Below are positions 54,444 to 64,000 of a DNA stretch of 64,000 bases, piece after piece (the first letter of the stretch is position 1; every line of letters begins with the position of its first letter). The stretch is from Octopus vulgaris (taxonomy: Eukaryota), in assembly GCA_951406725.2 (NCBI GenBank), contig OX597831.1, positions 52,886,001 through 52,950,000 of the forward strand, written 5' to 3'. Position numbers and translations under genes: made by a program. A model generated the notes under the pieces. That model saw only the letters and a program-made list of their open reading frames with translations. It was not told the origin of the DNA and did not search any database.

Positions 54444-55193
54444 AGAGGCTTTTTTCAGCTTCTGTCTACCAAATTCACTCAGCCCAAAGACCAAAGCCAT
54501 AGTAGAAGACACTTGCCCAAGGTACCATGCAGTGGGACTGAACCCTGAATCCGAAACTGCATGTCTGCAAAGCTAACTTCTGAAAACACACACCCATGAC
54601 ACTTTCAAAAACACAAATGTATGCAGAAAATAAAGAAGAAAACAAACAAACAAAACAAATGATAACACAAGTTCAGGCTGAACCCAAGGAAAACATAATT
54701 GTATTCTGATGTGACATGTAAAAATAAAACACAAACTGAAAAGTGATATTAATGATAATGATGATTATTTTTCTTCTTTTGTTTTTTTTTTTATTTGGCA
54801 AAACAATGGTTTTTTTTTGGGTTTTTTATAGGGAAGAGATTGACTTAGCTGCAGCATAACACTGGTACTTATTTTATTTACCTTTACAAAGGCAAAAGAC
54901 AAAATCAGCTTCAGTAGAATTTCAACCCAAAACTGCATACTATAGTAATAGTTACTAGCTTAGATTTGGTAGTAATAATAATCTTTTCTATTCTAGGCAC
55001 AAGGCCTGAAATATTTGAGGAGGGGGCCAATCAATTAGATCAACCCCAGTATGCAACTGGTACTTAATTTATCAACCCCAAAAGGATAAAAGTAAAGCCG
55101 ACCTCAGTGGAATTTGAACTCAGAACATAAAGACAGACAAAATACCACTAAGCATTTTGCCTGGCATGCTAACATTTCTGCCAGCTCGCCACC

Positions 55194-55224
<31 letters not shown>

Positions 55225-55228
<4 letters not shown>

Positions 55229-56642
55229 CACTCAGAGAGCGCAAACCTCCACCAAGGCAACACCAACATCCTCTCAATGATTAGCTGGGGATGATTTTTT
55301 AAATGAGAATATCTAAAATAAACTTTGGCCTCAATAAATGTGCAAAAGCTACCTTTATCAAAGGAAAACTTATAGAAACATCCAACATTAATTTTGACCA
55401 ACAGAATGTTAGAGAAGAGTTAGAACCAGTGGAGAGCTACAAATACCTAGGGGTATTTGAAGGTAATGGAATCAAACATTCAATGATCAGGGAAAAGATC
55501 AGAAAGGAATGTTATTGCAGGGCAAGGGCAATACCCAAGACAGAGCTGAATGCAAGAAACAGGATTGAAGCAATAAATACTTTAGCCATACTAAAACTGT
55601 TGCCTTAGATATTCTTACTGATAAATTGCAAGAAAATCCTCTCAATGGCAAATACCCAAAGAGAGCTGATAATGCCAATGTTGACAAAGCACTTATCCGT
55701 CAATGGTTAGTGTCTTCTGGCTTAAAATCAGAGACAGAAGGTTTTATCATAGCAGCCCAAGATTAATGCCTACCTACAAGAAGCTACCAGGCCAAGATCT
55801 TAAAGAACAGCAGTAGCCTAACATGTCATGTATGTAAACAACAAAATGAAATCATTGATCATGTTGTCTCCAAGTGCAGTCGTTTTGTGCCTACAGAGAT
55901 CTCAATAGGCATGATAGAGCAGCTCAGTATATTCACTGGGTAATTTGCAAAGACTTGGACCTGCTCCATGATGAAAACTGGTGGGAATACAAACCACCGT
56001 CAGTACTTGAAAATGACCACATCTCACTCCTTTGGAACTTCACTATTCAAACTGACAGAAAGATAGATGCAAATAGGCCAGACATTATATTGAAGGTCTT
56101 CAGACAAAAATCATGCCTCCTCATTGATATGACTGTCCCAATCGACATAAATGTATCTGTCAAGACAAATCAAAAACTGAGCAAGTGTAAAGATCTTGAA
56201 ATAGAAATTGGCAAAATGTGGAACCTCAAGACCAAAACAATACCTGTTGTCATAGGTGCCCTAGGAATGAAAGCATATGAGGCTAATTGCTACCTAGCTC
56301 AGGTACCAGGAAATCCAAAAATGGAAGAAAATATTGTCTATGTAATCCCAAACGTATTTTAATCTGACAACAGTGTTAAAATACTTTTAAATGTACATAA
56401 CATCAGACACCTTTTACTGTCACCTTAACATCAGACTATCATCTTATAATGAAATAACTATTAAAACTAACTTCTAATTGACTTATGTTTTCTTAAACAT
56501 TCTCTAGAACAATACTCTGTGCAAAACCAAATATATGGCACCCTAGTCATAACACCAACTTAAACTTCTAACTTATTGTCTCTTGAGGTCTCTGGGTGAG
56601 ACTTAGAGTCAACTTGTACAAACACAAGGCAAAAGCCAAACT
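55225..56642 (+). mobile_element. R4/Dong-like RLE retrotransposon, internally deleted, inserted in (TAA)n
   Basis: FGLNKC, YKYLG, LKSETEGFIIAAQD, a zinc knuckle, RHDRAAQYIHW and LWNFTIQTDRKIDANRPDIIL..LIDMTVP; flanked by TAA repeats on both sides. Confidence 0.85.
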
Positions 56643-56654
56643 TAATAATAATAA

Positions 56655-58360
56655 TAACAATAATCCTTTCTACTATAGCCAACAAGGCCTGAAATTTGCG
56701 GGGAGGAACAAGTTGATTTCATCAACCCCAATGATCAACTGGCACTTATTATTTTATTAACCCCAAATGGATGAAAGTAAAGTCAACCTTGACATAATAT
56801 TGATGATGATGATGGTTTGAAATATTGGCACAAGACCAGCAATTTCAGGGAAGAGGGCCAGTCACATCGACCTCAGTGCTCAACTGGTACTTATTTTATT
56901 GATCCTTGAAAGGAGCACAGGCAAAGTCAACCCCGGTGGCATTTGAACCCAGAATGTGAAAACAAACAAAATATTCAGACAGACAAAATGCTGCTAAGCA
57001 TTTTGCCCGGAATGCTAACAATTCTGCCAGCTCGCCACCTTATATAATAATAATAATAATATTTTCTACTGCAGACACAAGGCCACAGATTTGTGGGAAG
57101 GGGACTAGTCGATTGCATTGACCCCAGTGTTTCACTGGTACTTAATTTATCAACCCCAAAAGGATGAAAGACAAAGTCGACCTTGGTGGAATTTGAACTC
57201 AGTACAAAGTGACGGGACTAGTCGATTGCATCGATCCCAGTGTTTCACTGGTACTTAATTTATCAACCCCAAAAGGATGAAAGCCAAAGCTGACCTTGGT
57301 GGAATTTGAACTCAGTACAAAGTGACGGGTGAAATACAGCTAAGCATTTCGTCCAGTACGCTAACAAATCTACCAGCTTGCCGCATTTGATAATAATAAT
57401 CCTTTCTACTATAGGCACAAAGCCTGAAATTTTAGGGGAGAGTGCTAGTCAATTATATCAATCCCAGTGCTTCACTGGTACTTATTTCATCAACCCCCAA
57501 AAGGATGAAAGGCAAAATTAACCTCAGTGGAATTTGAACTCAGAGTGTAAAGCCAGAAGAAATGCTGCCAAACATTTTGTCTGGTGCAGTAATGATTCTG
57601 CCAGCTCACAATCTTATAATAATAATAATAATAACTCTTTCAAATTTTGGCACAAGGCCAGTAATTTTAGGGGTAGGGGATAAGTTGATTGCATCTATCA
57701 CAGGGCATGACTGGTATTTATTTTATCTATCTTGCAAGGATGAGAAGCAAAGCTGACAGTGGTAGGATCTGATAACAGAAGGTAAAGACTCAGAACAAAT
57801 ACTGCAAAGCAGTCTTTACTGACTCTTTAACATTTCAGCTGGTTAAAAAAACAAAAAAAACAAAAAAATAATAATAATAATAATTGTTAAAATATGCACA
57901 TGGTTAGAAATTTGGGTGTAGGAAACAATCAATTATACTGACCTCAGTAAATGATTGGTATATTATTTGGTCAACACCGGAGGTACAAAAAAACAAAAAG
58001 AAAGAAGCTGATTTTGGTGGGATGTGAACAGAGAAGTAACACACCAGAGCAAATACTGCAAGGCAAGTTTGTCTGATGCTTTGCTGATTCTGCCAATCTG
58101 CTGTCCTAATAATAATAGTTGTAGCAGCAGCAATAATAATAATAATAATAATAATGGTTTCAAATTTTGGCTCAAGGGAAGGGGGCAAGTCAATTACATC
58201 AACTGACCCCAGTGATCAACTAGTACTTATTATATCAACCTCAAAAGGATGAAAGGTAAAGCTGACCTTGGTGGAATTTGAACTCAGAGCGTAAACATGT
58301 GTGAAATGCCACAAAGCATTTTGACCAGCTTGCTAATGATTCTGCCAGCTTACCACTTTA
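56655..58360 (-). mobile_element. Dense cluster of family A SINEs (about 7-8 full or partial copies) separated by (TAA)n
   Basis: Repeated ggcacaaggcc..ccccagtg..actggtactta..gaatttgaactcag..ctgccagctcgcc units, nearly all in the same orientation. Further minus copies at 41810-42020, 42550-42765, 45105-45315 and 54980-55195. Confidence 0.85.
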
Positions 58361-58660
58361 ATAATAATGATCATCATGATGATAACAGAAGTAAAAATAA
58401 TTTTTCTTTTTTTTTACATTGGCACAGGGTCATAAATTTAGTAGAGGAGGTATATAGTTGATTGAATGGGTCCCAGTATGTTACAGACACTTACTTAATA
58501 AGCTCTAAAGAAATAAATGTTGATCAGAGCAAATTGCAGTAGAAGTAACAACCTTGAAAAATATTGTTTATATATTTTAAAAACTTCTGACATAAAACAG
58601 ATGGAAAAAAAAAGTATGTAATTAATATTTTAAAGAAAAGTCTTCCATGTACATTATATA

Positions 58661-58692
<32 letters not shown>

Positions 58693-59299
58693 ATGGGTGT
58701 GCATGTGTGTGTGTGCGTGCACATACAATATGTTTTTATTTATATATATATGCTGTATTTTCAGGCATATAAGGCACATCCCAATTTTAACAGGCCTAAA
58801 CTATGAGAAAGAAACTGCAGCAAACCCCAAATCCTCAAGCTGAATATCTCACACATTTTCTTGTATAGGAACCATAAAAATTTAGACTATCGCTCTCTGG
58901 TAAACTATTATGGTAGGCTAAGTTTCAATACTTACTTTAATACTAGCAAATATCACCACTGACCTTCATCGTCACAAGTACTGTCTATCACTAATAACAC
59001 TAACCAACTCTACTCAAAGCCCCACCTTCAGCATATAAGACACAGGGGGACTTTGGCAGTGGGGGAATTTGAGGGACAATAAGCGTGCCTTACGTGCCAG
59101 AAAATATGGTGTGTGTGTGTGTATAGAAAGCTGTTTGTTATAGCCAGTCAGAGAGTGACCAGTGGTCACTCTCAGACCAACCATAAAAAAAAACCCTTCT
59201 AAAATTTACTACTCTAATATTTTAGAGCGTGCTTCTTTTCAGATGTATAAACTACTAACAGCCACATATATGTGTGTGTGTGTGTGTGTATACATATGC

Positions 59300-59334
<35 letters not shown>

Positions 59335-59590
59335 TACACAGAAGGATTGGTTTGGCAGTTGAAAATACAGTTGGTCTTAAAACAAATTCTAGTTTGTTTT
59401 GTTTTTAATTTTGTTAAAGCTGTTCACAAACACAAGTTTCAAAATTTTGGGGTTTTTTCAATAGTGTTTTAATAAATTTCAAAAGATTAAAATAACTACT
59501 ACAATTTCTTTTCATACCCAAGCATATTTTCAAACTCCGAACTAATACTTCTACATTTCCAACTTGTGTAGAAATAAACCTCTTTTTCTG

Positions 59591-59630
<40 letters not shown>

Positions 59631-59641
59631 TGGTGTGCGTG

Positions 59642-59683
<42 letters not shown>

Positions 59684-59790
59684 TACGTACATACATATGT
59701 ATGTGTGTGTTTTCTTTAGAATTTATGATTTTTCATTTGGAGAATTCAAGCTGGCCACTAACCAGGCATTGATGTGTATGTGTGTATGTA

Positions 59791-59833
<43 letters not shown>

Positions 59834-61109
59834 GCTGAACTGAAGAAAATTTATCTGATTGAGATATGATTTTGACAAATGCTTTTAAAATATTTCCAGA
59901 ATGATTGCCGACTTCTCATAAATGACTGAACAAAATAATAAGTAATGAAATTATTTCTGAATAATTCTTTTACAATAACCATCTCATCAGAATGTTTGCT
60001 TGACAATAGTTATATATAGTTGTGTGCACACACACATATATATATACATACATACACATACATATATACATACATACATATATACATACATACACACACC
60101 AACACACACATGTAGGTACACCTAATACATCTGATTATCATTCTCTTTGGTTTTACATCTTCTCTTCCATATCAACATGGGTTGGACAAGTTCATAACGT
60201 GTGTGTGTGTGTGTGTGTGTTCAAAGAAAAAGAAAGGGTAAGACAGAAACAATTTGCCACTGAGAGAAACCAGATTATAATACTAGGACCAGGATGAAGA
60301 TCTATAAAAAAAATAAAATGTTACACAAGCTACTGAACACAGGCTATTACACTTTCAAAGAAAAAATAATATTATAGAGACTACTGAAAAATCTAAGGAT
60401 AAAATATGTTACTTTGTAGTAAAAATATTTTTCTTTTAAGAATTTATGTCACAGAATTTACTTTATACTCCAGCATACACCTGTACTTGCACTAAAATTA
60501 TAAATTTGTTTGCCACTTATAAGTGGGTTAAGTTTGTAACATATAAAAAAAATCTCAGAACTACAGAACCTAACAGATTATGACAAATGGCATGGCTACA
60601 AGGAATTGTGAATGTTGTTCAAAGTATGAGGAAAGCAGAATACAAAACAGATACTGAATAATTTTTTTCATGACACTTGGGGCACCACAAGTCTCATCAC
60701 AGATTATCTATCTAGCAGAGCAATAATCTTTGGATATGAATTGATGAAGGTTAGTAGGGACTGTTTAGTTGTCGCTCAAAGGACAAGCTCTACAGTGCCG
60801 ACGGTACGGTCAAATGCATCTGGTCTATGGTGTAAGACATACACAACAACAAAGGCGATTGTTTTGTTTTGTTTGGTTTCCTTTATATTTTTTTGCTGCA
60901 TGAGTATGGTGATGTAGATTACAAAGATGTGAGGATATCCGTCCAATCCATGCCAGCATGGAAAAACAGACGGAAAATAACAATGATGATACAAATAGAC
61001 AGACAGACAGATACAGGGAGGTAGGGAGGGAGAGAAAGAAAGAGATGAATGTGTTTATGTGTGTGTATGTGAGCATTTATATCATACATATATACATAAT
61101 AACTTTTAA

Positions 61110-63550
61110 CTTTTGCAAGACAATCTGCTGAAGGAAGGCATGGAAATTGACAGATCACTCAATGAGACAGACATAGGTTCAAAGAAGTACTAACTGTGTA
61201 TGACAAGGAGGAGGAGCAGATGGAAACTTATAATGCAGAGGGTATATGGAGATATAAGACAACCTGTTGGGAGCCACTGATTAGATTTGTGGAAGGAGTA
61301 AGGGTCCAGTCAGACAGAAGATGACATGATAAAAGAAGTGTAAAGAAGAAAGAGCCATAAAAACTAAGACATGCTTAGAAAGATTGGAAGAGGGGAAAGA
61401 GAACAAGGAATAATATCAGTAGCTAGAAGAGAAGTTAGATGTTAGGTATATGTAACTGAGAGACAGGCTAAAAGTAGATATTCAGCAACAAGAATATTGT
61501 TGCAGAGATTTGAGATGTTCTGGGTTGTAAAGCAATGTGCCAGTGTGAATCATGACATCATTTGAGAAAGTGTGCATGGAATGATAGTGAGGCACACTTG
61601 CTTTCACTGATGATGAGGAGAGGCATGGAAATGTTACTACGACATGGTTCAATGGAGGAGAGACAGCCTACCCAAAATAGACCCAACAGAGAGACCAGCT
61701 ATTGAAGGTAAAAGCTATTCGGTGAAAACAGCAATTAAAAGATATGACACTAGAGAAAATAACTGGTTCATAAGGGATAGTCACTTAAAATACAGGAAAT
61801 ATTTGGCCATGTGCTAGGATGAATTCTAGATATTTGCATAATCAGTCTGTTGGTACAGGGAAGTGTCATAACTAATGACTAGCAAAGCAGTATCATTTTC
61901 AGGGGTAAAGGAGTGGCGGATGCTCTAGAGAGAGGAAATTGGGAAGGTATCGAATGAATAGAATAAGTCATGAAAATAACAGAAAGAATTACAGCATAAC
62001 TGATTAGGAAAAGAATTAGTTCAAATGCAGACACACTTTGGGTTTGTGCCAGGAAAGAGTACCACCAATGCCTTCTTCCCCCAGAAAGCAACTATAGGGA
62101 AGATAAGATAACTCTTTAGCATTTAAATTAATTTGTCAACTATAAAACTTATTTATTCAGTCTTCAAATTAATTATGCATTATCTCATAGCTTTGAGATT
62201 CTGAAGTGATTGTTTATCTTTAGAATGACATTGTAGAGTGGGTGTGAGAAGCCAGACCTGGCAAGTTTGAACATAAAACAGGTCAAATATTTGGGCTGAA
62301 TATAGGCTGCCTAAATGTAAAGGGTTAAACTGCCATATTTAGTAAAAGACAGCTTTTGACAGGATACCATATTCTGTACTATATTAATCAGAAAACTAGA
62401 TGTACATGAATGGCTTACGAGTATCATGCAAACCATGCATAGAGAGGCCATCAGCTAGGTAAAAATTATCAATGAGTTCAGTATGGAATTTACAGTGAGG
62501 TAGGTGTGTATCAGGATTCAGTTCTCAAATCCTTCCCCTTTGTTATAGTTCTCCAAGTTATAGCATGCTGGTTGACCATAGAAACTCCTGTCTGCCAATG
62601 ATCTAGTTCTCAAGGTTTGAAGAATTAGAAGAAATTCCAAATTTGGAAGCAAAATCCTAGAATTGAGAGGCTTCAAAGTAAACATAGCAAATATAAAGTT
62701 TATGTAGCAGGAAAGAAGACAGAACTCAACAGATTATGCCGCCACCAAGGAGGTGGCTATATTCAATAAGGAGGAACTCTGTACCAAATGTAAACTATGC
62801 ATACAAAAGGTTTTGTGGAGCCACAAGCAGGTTGACAGAACAAAAAAATAGGACTTAATAAGTAACCATTGCACAAGAGTAGTTAGCAGCAAAAGTAGCA
62901 ATGAAATAAATTCTTTGAAATGTTTGGAAGGCTTCCTAAAAGTAGTTGATGGTTTCAGTAGCGGAGACAGTCATTCTGAAAATATAGTAGCCAGAGTAAG
63001 AACCAAGTGGGAAAAAGTTCAGGGAGCTATTATCGCTTTTGGCAACAAGGGAGTTCTCTCTCTGGGTGAAGGACAGATTGTATAATACTTATTTATGAAG
63101 TGTAGTGCTATATAATAGCAAAACATGAAGAGTGGATGCAGAGGATGTGTGAAAGCTGGAAAGAAATGAAACAAACATGCTCTGCAGAGTGTGTAATGTA
63201 AGTGTGCATGAACAAGAGAGCACAAATGATTTGTAAAAACACTGGCTATCAGAGGAATCATGTGTAGTGTGCAAGAGAAGATTGCACTGGTTTAAAATGT
63301 GTGATGCTTATAGAGTATGGCAGCTGAGTTTCAGAAGATCCAAGTGGAAGGAATCTGTAGAAGGGGAAGACTGAGGAAGACATGGGAAGAAGTGGTGAAA
63401 GCTGATCTCAAGGGACTGAACCTCACAAAAGGAGATTACAAAGGACCACAACAAATGACAAGATGCTGTGCAAGAGAAGACCTGTTCAACCCATGCATAT
63501 ATGAAAATGTAGACATGATGATGATGGTGGTGGTGGTGATGTGATGATGA
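61110..63550 (+). mobile_element. Heavily decayed RTE-clade LINE (RT to 3' end)
   Basis: Relics of GFVPGKST (62041), VGV.QDSVL (about 62500, QGS motif), ANDL (62594, ADD motif) and RRGRLRKTWEEVVKADL; tail aacccatgca..(gat)n. Confidence 0.75.
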
Positions 63551-64000
63551 GTACATCAATGCATAAAATATTTAAAAAAATAAATAAAATTCATTTTTCA
63601 TCAAGCATATTTTGACTATTCTATATATAGAGTTGAGATGGATGACAAGCAACAAAGCTGAGGATGACAATTTTTAAGGATTATAAACAAATGAAGCAAT
63701 AAAATATAGTCACTATATATTGAATTTGTTAAAATATACAAAATAAACTTACAATATCAACCAACTCTAGCTATATAGATAGATGTAATACAGAAGAGAC
63801 AGACTGACAGAATAGAAGGACAGATTGAAACAGAGAATGGTAGACAAATAGACAAGTATATAGAGTGATAGATAGACAGACAGTTAACTAGATCATCAAA
63901 GACTGATGTACAAATGTAGAAAATAGAGGACTATATTTAGAACTGGATTTTTAGAAAGATAAAAATACAGAGGGAATGACAGATTTCATCTTAATAATCT

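Overview
AT-rich, repeat-dense eukaryotic DNA, most likely from an octopus (inferred from the tRNA/CORE-SINE families and the microsatellite load). The one recognisable gene is cytosolic aspartate aminotransferase (GOT1) on the + strand. Coding exons 2-9 lie at 11797-26402 with canonical GT-AG sites and an intact PLP/catalytic residue set. Exon 1 was not found and probably lies left of the window. The rest is SINEs, decayed LINEs (RTE, CR1/L2, R4/Dong), mariner relics, Helitron-like elements, piggyBac-type and Tc2/pogo-type MITEs, and microsatellites. Two things stand out. (1) The GOT1 stop codon is followed in frame by six codons and a second stop (TAG-PGENKL-TAG), so readthrough or A-to-I editing of the UAG could give a peroxisome-targeted isoform; a competing explanation is that the N-K codons are simply an AATAAA poly(A) signal. 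(2) At least six minimal hammerhead-ribozyme motifs of the Penelope-associated type occur here: one with an intact canonical core on the sense strand of GOT1 intron 3, two inverted pairs, and cores with C3-G8, U3-A8 and G3-C8 covariation. Weaker signals point to an intron in the GOT1 3'UTR and to a convergent minus-strand gene in the right half. Repeat boundaries are approximate and read by eye.
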